DNA of 64,000 nucleotides from Owenia fusiformis (Eukaryota): NCBI GenBank assembly GCA_903813345.2, contig CAIIXF020000001.1, positions 7,502,001 to 7,566,000 of the forward strand, read 5' to 3'. Shown piece by piece: positions 49,006 to 62,000 of this stretch (position 1 is its first letter; each line of letters starts with the position of its first letter). The notes under the pieces were generated by a model. It saw only the letters and a program-made list of their open reading frames with translations, ran no database searches and was not told where the DNA came from. The position numbers and the translations under genes were made by a program.

Positions 49006-50207
49006 CCTGACTTTTTATTTCTTTATACGTTTCAAAGTTTCTCGATGGTTCGAAAGTCTCTTGTTTTGCAGGTTTATCTCATGATATTTCCGTGAGCTTG
49101 ACTTATATAGACCTGTAGAAAGTTGTTTTGTATGATCTAATCCGAGGGAAGTTGAATTTAGATTATTTTTAGGCTTTATTTCAAAAATATTGACACGGGT
49201 ATCAGACACAAATACAGACACACTATGTAAATAGATGATTTAAATTTTTCTGAAAGATATTGACTCTCGGTTCAATGGTTGTTGATGAGATTCACATATA
49301 TTAAGGCTTTAAAATAAGGACCTATAATACTTAAAAACTTGCTGATCGTGATTCTCACAACAAATCTAAAAAAATTGTTATCATGTTTATCTTACAATTC
49401 AAAATATTTGAGTTTGAAATTCGTTAGGTCACCTCGTTCTCGATGTTTGTTTGAACTCTATTATAATACCAGGTCGTTCAATAAGTTCACAGAAAAGTGC
49501 TCTCATTTCCACGATTTTTGATATTTTCTTATCTTCACATAATGTATTAAAAAGATTTTCTCATTGGTTCATGAAATATCAGCATCTCTAATTTGTTTGG
49601 TCAAAATAATGGTTACTATGGAAACTTGACTTTGGGGTAAGTGGGGCAATTTTACATCACACAATTTACCATTACAGAAATGTACCAAAATGTACAAATG
49701 AAGGATCCCTATTTTATTTGTTCTTATTTAAATTACAAATTTCCTTTGGGAGAATTTATGTTCATAGTTTTTAAAGACATTTCTGGGACCCTAGCTGCTC
49801 GTCAACAATGCTGTACCAGTTGGCCAGAAAATCAACAAGAAGTTATGCTATGGTAACTTGATTAAAACTTAACCATTCAGCCAAATAGGTTTTCCATCAG
49901 GATAATGCACCCTGCATGCCCTGTCACGCTGTTAACACTGTGCAGGAAACCATCACAAATAACTGGCAAAATAGATGACAAAGCTGCCCCAAGTTCCATA
50001 CTCTCAAGATGAGACAATCCTTGATTTTGTTCAACATTAAGAAGGATCAACCGAGACGTGCAACAACTTTCGACTGCAGTCCAGATGGCCCTTCAAACAA
50101 GATTTCCAGATGGCTTCAAAGCACTATATCGTCAACGGGTTGAATGCAAACGACTGTGCATTAAACGTGAGGGAGAATTTTGAACACCTTGTGACCATTA
50201 TTATATT

Positions 50208-50586
50208 TAGAGGTGTCACGGATACCCGATTTTGTTCCAATCCGCGGAATTATGCCCTCGGAACGAAATACGGAACAAAAATTAAGAATTTTGGTTCGGA
50301 TCCGGAACAAGAACATTTTACCCTTTCACAACTTCTGGCCCTTGAATCTCCACAAAACAGCATTTTTCTTTCAATATTTTGTATCAAAAGAGATTCATTC
50401 TTTTTACTCCTTCTCTTTGAAGAGTTTTGAAGAGCTTTTCGCTACCAAATAGACCTAGATGATCAGATTATTTTAATCTAATACACGCAGTCACTATGTT
50501 CCGAACCGTTCCGAAATTGTTCCGTTCCGAAGCAAAATGTTCCGAACTGAACTGTTCCGATTTTTTTTTGTTCCGTGACATCTCTA
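50208..50586. mobile_element. hAT-type MITE
   Basis: TAGAGGTGTCACGGA...TCCGTGACATCTCTA with an 8-bp TSD ATTATATT and internal TTCCGA repeats. Confidence 0.85.
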
Positions 50587-51257
50587 ATTATATTAAGTTA
50601 TATCATGTACAGGTAGAAAGCAGAGAAGAGGAAATGCATGTGATACACTCATAAATTGCCTACTATTCTGTTGTTTTTCTAATGTATCACAAATCTTTAA
50701 AATGGGAGCATTTTCAGTGAACTTATTGAACGACCTGGTATATGCTATTTAAAGCTGTACAAGTACAATAATATTTGTTCTGTTTTCGAATTTGAAAAAG
50801 TTTCTTTTTAAAAATTGTCTTTGCTTTTTTTAGATATAGCTATCATATCATTATATCAGAGCATATTTCTCGTGCATCAGAGTTATAAAATCGAACTGCC
50901 ACAGACCTCATTCATCCAATCAACCCCACATAGAATCACCCCATGTCTGCAGAACAATTTTTTTGTAAAACAAAATACAGATTTCATATTCTGTCATGTA
51001 ATTTATTTTATTTTACACTGAAATTAGGACACACACTCAGGCTATGAAATATGGATATTTCACAATTCTTTGTAATAACCAACTCTGATTATCAATATAT
51101 AGTTCACTGTCTCATCTCTGTACAATCTGCAGTGATAAGACCTTTGTATCAATAGTCTAGTCTGATTAGTCAACAATATCAAAATTGTCCAAAGCAGGCG
51201 TGACGTGCAGTAGAGTGAACAAGCACTTCTATGTGACAGTCATCACGACCATTCCTT

Positions 51258-54200
51258 TTATCTGAGGAAATGGCAAAGTAGACAGCTTGGCGGTGGTGGT
51301 GGTGGTGGTGGTGGATTCCAGACGCAAATGTTGCATATATAACAGCACATATTAATAATAATTATATGTCGCTTGTCTCTTGTAACCACACCGCGAGTGC
51401 TACCTAAAAAGATACAATAATAAGTTCGTTTTGAACCACCAGGAACCACCAATTAATGTCAGATAACCCATTTAAACTTATTTATTTTACCAATGAATGA
51501 AGTTAAGTTTGGGTGTTATTTCTAGATGTCTATAACATCTCTTTAATATGTACAGTAGCCAATAAAGTAGCCTCTCCTCTAAAAATGGCAAGATTTTTTG
51601 CAAAAGGGGTTTTCATTTTAAAGGGTAACGCAGAGGGCGAGAAACCCTAGAGCTTAAGAGATGACAGTTATTTAGCAAATCCTTAATCCAACGCTCGTTT
51701 TAATTTGGTGTTGCTCACTGTTTAGTTTAACAGGCACAATCCTTGAATAATAATCAAGGTGCATAGGTTGTTGTCGATGTGTAAAAATCTTTGCCTGTTA
51801 ATGCAGCAAAAGTGTAGTATCACAGGCTGGTTTCGAAAAATTTGTCCGATGTGACAGAGCGTGCTATTTTGCATAGAAACACTAAGAAACCCACACAATT
51901 TATTTTTCACTCATATGTTTCGCTACACCATGCAATGGATATATCATTTGTGGGTAACTTTAACTTCTATACTTACGAAATGCATCGTCATCACCATCAT
52001 TTTGTCTCTCCTCTGTTTGTTCTGGAGCAGGAATAAGCCAATATATGGGGAATTCCTCACAAGCTTCTCGTAAATATTGACCTAGAAACCTGCGACCACT
52101 GATTGGTTCTTTGGCTGGCATGTATTTTGGTAGATCACCATCTCTGTCATGCGATGTAAAATTCTCTCCACCCTGTTGGAACAATTAGTGAATTACAAAA
52201 TAATTAATGAAATACCTGGATAAACAATGGATGTGTGAAAGAATCATTATAATTTCTCCATTCATTTGAATTAACACTTCAATTTAGTCTAACTACAAGC
52301 CCTTCTGACCCCCCCCCCCCACGGCAACTGTGTGAGAAGGTGTGTAGTCAAGTAGAGGGGGGGGGGCACAGAGGCTTGAAGCTAAACTAACCTTTCTAAA
52401 CTGACGTAGTTGAAACTTACAGGATGGTGTTCTAGATAGCTGTCCATTGCTTCAGGGGTAAGGGCATCTCTACTGAGGGGGTTCAGGTAGCACTTATAGC
52501 TATCACCATCAACAACTTTCATCATAGTCAGACCCTAAAATCAAACTTGAAATATACTTGTGCACAATATCAATATGATTGAATGGGACTCCAAAATTGA
52601 TGCTCACATAAGGTTTGTTATATAATTGTACAAGTTTTACTCGAGTCTCTAGCTAAGTTACGGAATATAAAGAAGGCTCTGGACCTAAGTAATGCAAGTG
52701 TATCACTTTTTAATTTTGTTCAACATAAACAACAAATGGTATTAATGGAACAGAATTAATCCTTTTTGCAGCTGTTTCAAATCTCACTTTACCTTTGTGA
52801 AATCATTGTACGCAGAATAGCCTTCTTCTGGATCATCAATTTCTGTCATTTCGTTATCTTTGTCCAACTTCACAACAGCATTTGATGCAAGCCTGTACTC
52901 CTGATGAATCAAATAATTCACAATCTTATTTTCCTCATCAAATAGCCTACATGTATACAATAGTAACCATTTTTATTTTTATCGAAGTATTTGTTACGCG
53001 GTATATGGCATACATTCATGGTTGCGCGGTATTTGTGATACGGGTGAATATGCCATACTCACCTGCGGTATATGGCATATTCCGCAGGTGAGTATGCGAT
53101 ATTCCGCAGTGAATATGCGATACATTGATTTCAGTGAATACCCGATACTCACCTGCGGAATATGTCATACTCACTTGCGGAATATGCCATATACCGCAGG
53201 TGAATATGACATATACCGCAGGTGAAAACGTGATACAGAAAGCCTCGATTTGATTGGTTGCGAGAATCGACTCTAAATGTAAAACTACGCTGGATTACCA
53301 CTATAGTAAGTGCGTCGAGTACTAATATATGGATCCTGGATTGATTGATTGAGTAAGTTTATTACACGACTGATACTTCTGCTAAGTTAATATATTCGAT
53401 AATGTTTGATTCAGTAATCATTGTAACAATTTATAACGTTTTGTACTTGTTCCTTCAATCGATGCAATTGACAATTGCGTACTTCCGTATCACGTTCTCA
53501 TTCAGTGGTTAGTGTGTATGCCATATACCGCAGGTGAATCTGTCATACACCGCAAGTGAATATGCCATATTCGTTGCGGAATATGACATATTTTTGTATC
53601 GTGTTTACCGCGTAACAGTATTACAACATTTCCGGACAGATGAACATTCATTCTCATATTTTTATTTTTGTGTACATTTTTTGAACAATGCATTCTTTAA
53701 TTGCTCTGTAGCGACATGCCAACAAATATTTTCTTACAGTTGCAGCATTTTAGAGAACCAATATATATCCCAGTGATTTAAGTAAAGTATCAACAATAAA
53801 ATAATGTAAAAAATTGCGTACTTCCGTATCACGTTCTCATTCAGTGGTTAGTGTGTATGCCATATACCGCAGGTGAATCTGTCATACACCGCAAGTGAAT
53901 ATGCCATATTCGTTGCGGAATATGACATATTTTTGTATCGTGTTTACCGCGTAACAGTATTACAACATTTCCGGACAGATGAACATTCATTCTCATATTT
54001 TTATTTTTGTGTACATTTTTTGAACAATGCATTCTTTATTTGCTCTGTAGCGACATGCCAACAAATATTTTCTTACAGTTGCAGCATTTTAGAGAACCAA
54101 TATATATCCCAGTGATTTAAGTAAAGTATCAACAATAAAATAATGTAAAAATACCTTGATAGTGTCCCTGGCAAATTGATTGCTGAGTTTCAGAGCTCCT

Positions 54201-54586
54201 AGAACTGCTCCCACTGTAATGAGTAGAATCATCACAGCCACAACTGCGCCTATTATGTACTTCTTGTTGGATTTGCCATCTGGTTTCTTGGTCTCCTTAA
54301 TTATGTTAAAATACACTAAGTTACTATCTCTAAATCACGTTTGCTTATACTTTATTCACGATTATCACCTTAAGCATTGATAATACACATGTCAAGAAGA
54401 AGACAGCATTGCGCGTATCAATTTACATTAGTTTTTCAAAAACTATCTGAACAAACGTGGAACATTTTATTGAAATAAGTATTGTTAAAGTGTTCTCCTT
54501 TGAAATATCAAATTTTTTACCTGAATAACAATTGGCTCGGGTGAAATATTGTAAATGCTTGGCAATGCTTTCTTTTCCGAATCCAT
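51258..54586 (-). CDS. BRICHOS-domain precursor B3 (256 aa); C-terminal peptide HIIIINMCCYICNICVWNPPPPPPPPPSCLLCHFLR after RDKR
   Basis: Exons 54586-54521, 54295-54155, 52900-52793, 52534-52421, 52172-51977, 51403-51258 (771 nt, in frame). NDF, CYL and ACEEFPIYWL are present. TATA box at ~54690. Confidence 0.82.
52285..52389. mobile_element. Very small TAG...CTA inverted-repeat element
   Basis: TAGTCTAACTACAAGCC...C-run ... G-run...GGCTTGAAGCTAAACTA. Confidence 0.5.
52992..53617. mobile_element. Element with TGT...ACA ends and a 5-bp TSD (Ginger-like MITE or solo-LTR-like), containing internal ~22-bp repeats
   Basis: TIR TGTTACGCGGTA / TACCGCGTAACA; GTATT on both flanks; tatgccatataccgcaggtgaa units in both orientations. 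Confidence 0.7.
53473..54150. repeat. Near-identical 339-bp tandem duplication in B3 intron 2
   Basis: Near-identical short ORF pairs are offset by 339 (53502/53841 and 53534/53873). Confidence 0.9.
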
Positions 54587-56098
54587 CTTGTATTTTTTCT
54601 TTTAAGTTTCAAAGTTTCTTGATGGCTGGTTCTGGAGTCTCTTGTTATGTGCAGAAGTCTGATCTGATAATACCTTTTTGGAGGTGACTTATATAGGTTT
54701 GAAAAAGTTGTTTTCGTAATCTAATTCACTGCATCTATTGTATAATACAAATTATTTTTAGATTTTGTTGCAAAATATTGATTCAGGTTATGGGATATAT
54801 AATGGAAATTAAATAAAAAAAATTGTAACTTTGTAAATTGTAACTTGTAAAGTTTACCTCAACCTAAATATCTGATTGACTTTATATACGGAAGTAGTGT
54901 AACAAAAATATTTCTCGAATTCAAAATAAATTGTGATTCTGTCAACGTTTGTCTAAATAGCTTATCTAAAAAACGTTTGTTATGTCTTAATAGCTAATCT
55001 AAAAATATAATTTGTTTTGAATTATTTCTAGATTTCACTGAAAAATATTGACTCAGTCCCAGGTAAAAATAAATCATGCCAAAATGTTAGCAAATATGAT
55101 ATCGCTTGATTTGATGTTTCTTTTGTTAAAAATGAACAAAAGAATTTACCCAATGTTTACCAAATTTCCTGTTATCAAACCTCACACTACCAAAATATTT
55201 GTGAGATTTGTCAATAAAACCCAATTCTGATGTTTTGATGAAGTTTCACGGTCACCTTGTTCTTGTCATTTTTGGAATTAGAAGTTCAAGAACGAAAGGT
55301 GTCAAACAGTCTATAGAATCCACAATAACAATCTGCCATTGAAAACGACATAATCTAAAAACAAGTTAGAAAGTGCAATAACCCGAAATGATTATTTCCA
55401 TTGCTAATATTGCATGTCTAAGGTGTTGATGGCAAGAATGGTTTCGTATTTTTCTTCAATTTCATAAGAAAAACATACGCTTCCATGTCAAAGCAAGGGG
55501 TGTAAGGAAAGACAGTTGCAAAACAGAACCTCCTAGAGGTCAGAATATTCTTTGCTGTTTTTCTTGCATCATACCCCATTGAATGATGTATACAGGCACA
55601 AAAGCATAGTCCCCTGACCCTTTGATTTAATGTTAATTGAACTCAATGTTAGTGGAACACTTTAAGCAGAAACAATGTGTTGAAATTACACGTTTTAGTC
55701 CAAGGGTAATTAACAAGTGAGTGATTACAATAGCTCACCAATGTGAACTAAAAATTAGGAAATAAACAGAATTATCAGTACAATAACTTTCTTTTTTCAT
55801 AAAACATAAATATAAATATAGATTTCATTATGTCTCTATTCTATCAGTTGATACTATTTTGTTTACACTGAAACTAGGACACATACAATCAATGACTAAG
55901 AAATATGGATTTTACACTGCTACTCCTATGATCAAAACCTTTAATGTTTATCAAAATATGATAATTCACTGTTTCATCAATAAACAACCAGCATTGATGG
56001 AACCTCTGTCTTAATGGTCTATTCTGCTTTGTCAACCAGAGTTACACAAAGTGCCCAGTCACAGGATGGAATATTTTAATGGTGTATCTAGCTTGTTG

Positions 56099-59000
56099 TT
56101 ATGACTTGATTCCCTTTATCTTCTTTAGAATATTACTCTGCTCTAAGGCTGCTCTTCTCTTTTTCTGAAAATGAAAGACAAAGTCAAGCAATTACTCAAA
56201 AGATGACTTGGGGAGGTACTGAAACAGTGATTTCCCCAGGATTTTTTGTCAGGTGAGTGCAAAATTCTCATTTCACAAATCAGAGCAAAAGTGGTCAAAA
56301 ATGCAAATTTTTCATGATTTTTCTAGTTTTCAATGGGGTGCAAATGGGTTTTCAGGTGGGTGCAAGCCTATTTTCAAAACCTCAAATGGGTGCTGCATCC
56401 ACTCGTTTTAATGGTGGAAAGATCACTGTGAAATTTTGAAATTTCACAAATCAGAGCAAAAGTAGTCAAAAATGCCAATTTTTCATGATTTTTCTCGTTT
56501 TCAATGGGGTGCAAATGGGTTTTCAGGTGGGTGCAAGCCTATTTTCAAAACCTCAAGTGGGAACTGCATCCACTTGTTTTAATGGTGGAAAGATCACTGT
56601 GAAATAAAATTAAATAATGAGTGTGAAAATTGTTACAGACACCAAACATTGACTCTGAATGCCTATCCCAAAAAATGGTGGCTATAATAATATGTCAAAG
56701 TTCTTGGTACAATAAAAATGCAATGCCTACATTTGGTGTGGTTGGGGTGCTGACAACATCAATTGTCTCTGAGAATTTCTTCTCAGTTTTTATAGGAACA
56801 TCTTCACCCTGGCTCTCCTGTTTCTCAGGTGTGGTTGTTATACTCGACGCCCCTATGGTTGACGGAATCAGGATACTGCCCAAATTTAGAGATTCCAACT
56901 GAAAATACATTCAAGGATAAACCGTTTAAACACAAAGCATTTTTACAATGGATATAATGTGGACAGTGTTCAGTCATAGTACATTTACATGTTTTTAGGT
57001 TTTTCATGTGACCTCTACCCAATGTTCTTTGACTTTTATAAATATGGTCACATGGTCACCCTGGCCCTGTATATGGAGATTTTTAAATGAAAACGATATA
57101 CATTTAAGCTATTTCATGTATTGCTTCAGCATGCTTTAACACAATTTTATAGCTTTAGAACATAAGACAAGGCGACTTCTTGTGGAGAAACACACATGTT
57201 GCTATGAGTAATTATAACTGTTTATAACTGTCTTAGACTTTACAATTGTTTGTTTTGTTTGTTTTATTTGACATTGCTTACCTTTCCTGCAGCTAATCTT
57301 AAACTGGTGTCTCAGACTTTTTATTGCTTACCTTTCCTGGAGCTAATGTCTCAAACTGGTGTCTCAGAGTTTGCAACTCATATTCACAGTTAGCTAGGGC
57401 CAGTTTCAGCTCATAGAGAAGCACAATGTCCTGCCTCAGTTCATTGAAGCTTGTCACTATCTCCTCAGTTGGGATAGGATTAAATTCTGTAATAATTAAA
57501 ATGTGTTCATTATAGAGGATTTTAGCAGTGTATGAAAGATTCAGTGGGAGATATTGTGATAATATCCAGAATATTATATTCTATTATATTCTAAACAAAC
57601 AGACTACAAATCAAATGACAAACCTTGGTTTGAATTGTCGTTTTTCCCAAGCAGATGGCTTTCCTGCTCTCATGAACATTTTATCAATATTTGATTTTAA
57701 ATAGCAATCACGCAAACTGTTTTTAAATCAATACAGATAAAACCATGGTCCAGAACACGGCCAACTTAACTCCTTTGGTCAATAAGCTGAATAAAATAGC
57801 CTATCAGTACAGGCAGTAATGTGACAATTTTCTGGAGAATAATACCTAATTGACAAAATTGATTTTATCAAACTATCTAAGAGTCAATTTCATACATTTT
57901 ATTTGTGATACTTTGTTAGTACATACCTAAACCTATTTCCTCAAGCACCTGTTCAATGGCTTTAGTTTTCTTCTGGCCAACTGACCCTGGAAGTTTCATC
58001 TGAAAACATAATGTGGAATTCTATAAATAACAGGCGAGTGACGACAAAGGAATGAAACAGCCTACCAAACCTCAGTTCATTTTGGAACTTACTTCAATGT
58101 TGACTAACTAAAGAAACATCAATTATATAAACCATATTTCAAAAAGTTCAAATAAGTCTGGTGCTTCAATGTCAATGTTGCAGTAACCAGGAGGTTGTGA
58201 GTTTGAGACTTGTGAGTTCTTTGCATTTATTCAACAATGACACACTTAAAAAATAAGTGCCTCTAAGGGAGTCCATTTAACAGTCAAAGATTAGAGTTAG
58301 AACCTCACAATTCAATGTTTTATTTATATATATTTTTATTAAAAATTTTACCCCATATTATTGATTTAGACTTGATCAATTTAATGAACACTTAGAGTGT
58401 TAATATAATTCTATTATCATTAATTCACAATTTGTATGTATTTTTGCCTGATTTTTTACAATGACATCAAATAAGTAATAATCGTGAATCATACATCTTT
58501 AATATATTGATCAATGCAGTACTTACCCTCTGGCTTCTAAGTGTGACCCCAGAAGTTTTAAAATCAGGGAATTTTATTCCAGTTGTATCAGGATTTATCT
58601 GAAATAAGAAGACAATTAAAAAAATTGCTGGGGTTTTTATATCTTCGGTATATATTAATTACCACACTTAAATTAATGTGATACTGGGGCCAGTTTTTGG
58701 ACTGTCGTAACTTACTATTTGGTCACAAGTCATTGTTCTTCAAAAAGGAGTCAATGGTTTTCTTAGAATCGTAAGTTACAATCGTACCAAAAATGAACAC
58801 TTGGGTAACTGACTATACATCCTTTGAAATTGTTTGAAACTGAGAGCAACATATGCTCTCCATTTTGTATATATACTGATATATCTATGAAACTACAAAT
58901 ACTTAATATATAATAACAAATAGTCTTTGTCTGGATTAAAATTATAAATACATATATAAATAAATATCTGAAAATATCAACATACATTTCCTATAAGATT

Positions 59001-62000
59001 CTTAGTCTGGGGAAGAATTTTCTTCTTCGTAGTTTTCCTTTCAATTCTACGAGACTCTGCGTTTGTATCTGCTGCTGTAATGAGTTTCTGTAAATCTTGT
59101 GTTTTCTTTTCTCGCTCTTTTTTCCTTAGTTCTATTTTCTTCAGTTCTGCAACCAACATCTGTTCTTCCTCCACCTTTAAAACAAGTTATGTTCATATAT
59201 TCTGGCATTCTGGTTGGTCAAGACATGGAAGACTTTCACACAGATATTCTGATAATTTCGTATTTTTATATTATCATGTTCTTATTAACTAACATTCATT
59301 CACTGTACCTGTTCTGTTGTTCTTATAAATAATTTGTTGAGTTGATCTTTTCTACGTCTCTCATGGTCCCCATCATAAACTCTAACTTTTGGGTCTGTTC
59401 CAACAGGAGCTCGAGCCTGTAATACAAAGCAAATCTTCAATGGTAAATCTATGTAAAAATGAAAGACAGAAAAGAGAGCTTACATACACAAAAAACTGAA
59501 TCCTTGATGTACTACACTTAAAAACTGTAACATTTTTATATATGGATCACTCATTTATCTGACAATTTATTAACATACATGTATACATGTACAAACATAA
59601 CACAAACCTTTACAAGAGTGTTCTGTATATGATAATATCTTTCTTTCAGGTCTTCAACACTTCTGTTTGGGAACTTGTCTTTGTTCCAGCGATCATACAT
59701 CACAATAAATCTCAGATCAAACCTAAAACATTTTAACAAGTAAAAGGATTTTATTGAGCTACCATTTAGCCATATCAAACTACATTTACAGAAATTACAA
59801 TTTAGCCATATCAAACTTAAGAAGTTACTGTGAAGCCATTTCAAACTTAAGTTTACCCATATTAAATATAGAGTAGTTACAGTTAAGCCATTTCAAACAA
59901 AAGTACAAGTTACCATTTAGCCATTTCAAACAAAAGTACAAGTTACCGTTTAGCCATTTCAAAGAGGTGGTCTGTCTCAGCTCTGGACCAGCTGTCATCA
60001 TGGAGATGTTGTTGATATTCTGCATCTGAATAGGTTGGCACATCAACACTCTGAAAATATATTGTGCACTTTCTTTGTTAGCCTACTGTTTATTACAACA
60101 AACTCTATGCATGTAAATTTGTAATGTAAATCCTGCCTTAAATCTTCCAATAAAATTGGGTTGAACCGAGTACATCATCCTTCTGTTACCATAGCAACCA
60201 TTATTCAGTAATCAATGATAGTTGAGATACAATGTTTAGGCAATATTTGCACAAATGTATGTTCTATAAATGTACCAAATATCAAGAAATAATTCCTCAA
60301 AATGACAAAGTTAGAGATAAATAAACAGAACTTTTTGACTGACCTAAGTACATGTACAATATACTGCACAGGACACAATGATCTCCCCAGCATTAAAGCA
60401 AGTGGGCGCATCACCCACCTGGGATTTTGAAAATAGGCTTGCAACCACTTCAAAATGAGAAATATCATGAAAAATTGGCATAATTTTATTAATTTTGGTC
60501 TGAATTGTGAAAATGAGAATTATGTTCATAGTATCCGTATCCGTATTTGAGAAAAAATTCTGTGGAGATAAGTGGGACAATTATTTTATTTTTTTTTCTG
60601 TTCCATGTGCATGTTCTCAGTAGTTTACCGAGAGTATCTCGTGCTAATCATGTGACATCACAATTTTTGGTATTTGAGAATGTCAATTTGTCAGCAGTTA
60701 TTATCAGATATGGATACTATGAACAGTTATATTCGCCCAAAATAAAATGTGTTAAGTTCAAAAAATCTTTATGTATGCAACCCGACCTAAGTTGTAACTC
60801 GAATAGATATTTCACAGAACCGGAACAATGCATTTTTGACTCATCTCATCCATAGTGTACATAGAATGAAAGTGAAACACTGAAGTTAATAAAAAATACA
60901 TGGATGTACTGTACAATACAAGTATAATTTACCTTATTAAATCTTGCGAATGGATAATCTTTGCCTTCATCTGCTATTCTCCTCCAGTGGTGAAATATGG
61001 CACCATCCTATAATGTAAATATAAAATTGAATCACCAGCTATAGGTTCATTAGAGAGACAACATAATGACCTATTTCAGCATGAAGTTGGACGCAATCTA
61101 TCCATAAAATATTCGTGTTAATTTGCTATATAACTCATTTTACTCTTATCTACCTACCTTACTTTTAAAAAACTTATATTCATGAGCCCATCTTAAAACA
61201 CATATATTGCATCAGTTGACTTAGGTTGCCATGTTAAATAATATATTTCTAAGTTGAAGAATCCATTAATCACAAATTGACCCAATAATGAGATATGGAA
61301 TATAACTGAACAAATCATTGACATAGTTAGTTGATAACTAACACTGCAGTTACATGACATTGTTGGCCAACGATTGTGCATGTTACACAACTAATATATC
61401 ATTGACTCATACAGCAAAGTGTTAATCTGTCATCCGTTTTGGATGATTCAATTCGTTACATATTTCCACCTGCTGTTTCCATCTATGCCTAATAACATTG
61501 AAACATGATTGCAGACTGACCTTTCTCGATGGTACTGTGAAGGACATCCACTTCCAAGGTCTAACCCTGCTTCTGCCAATCTTTGCCTTCATCTGTTTAT
61601 AGCCCTGATTAGTGTCTGTTGGTATGATAGGTGGCGCATCTCTACAACATATTGCAAACAAATTAAATAGCCTCAAATATCCAGTACATGTAAGTAGGCA
61701 AATCTGAGATCACATTCATCCATAGTTTTTCATTTGGCTTAAAGGGGCAACAGGGACTGCAGAGAGAAAATTCGAATTTTTTTATTTTTTCTGAGCTATC
61801 GGGTCAAGATTTGGCTTAACATCTTCTTAGACATACCTATTTTCTTAAAATGTATGGATAAACTCTCAATTTCAGCATTAAGAAGAGTAAATTCAGTTCA
61901 AAGATTCTATAAAGGGAGTCCCACTTATAGATTTTTAAGATCCAGCATGTTTCAATATCCAAACTTAAATATATTTTGACACTGGTCGATGATCGTTGAA

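Noticed and set aside
50110-50452. 106-aa and 79-aa ORFs
   Set aside because: Both overlap a hAT-type MITE and show no transposase motifs.
53502-54115. Pairs of near-identical short ORFs as duplicated genes
   Set aside because: They are by-products of the 339-bp intronic duplication of MITE sequence.
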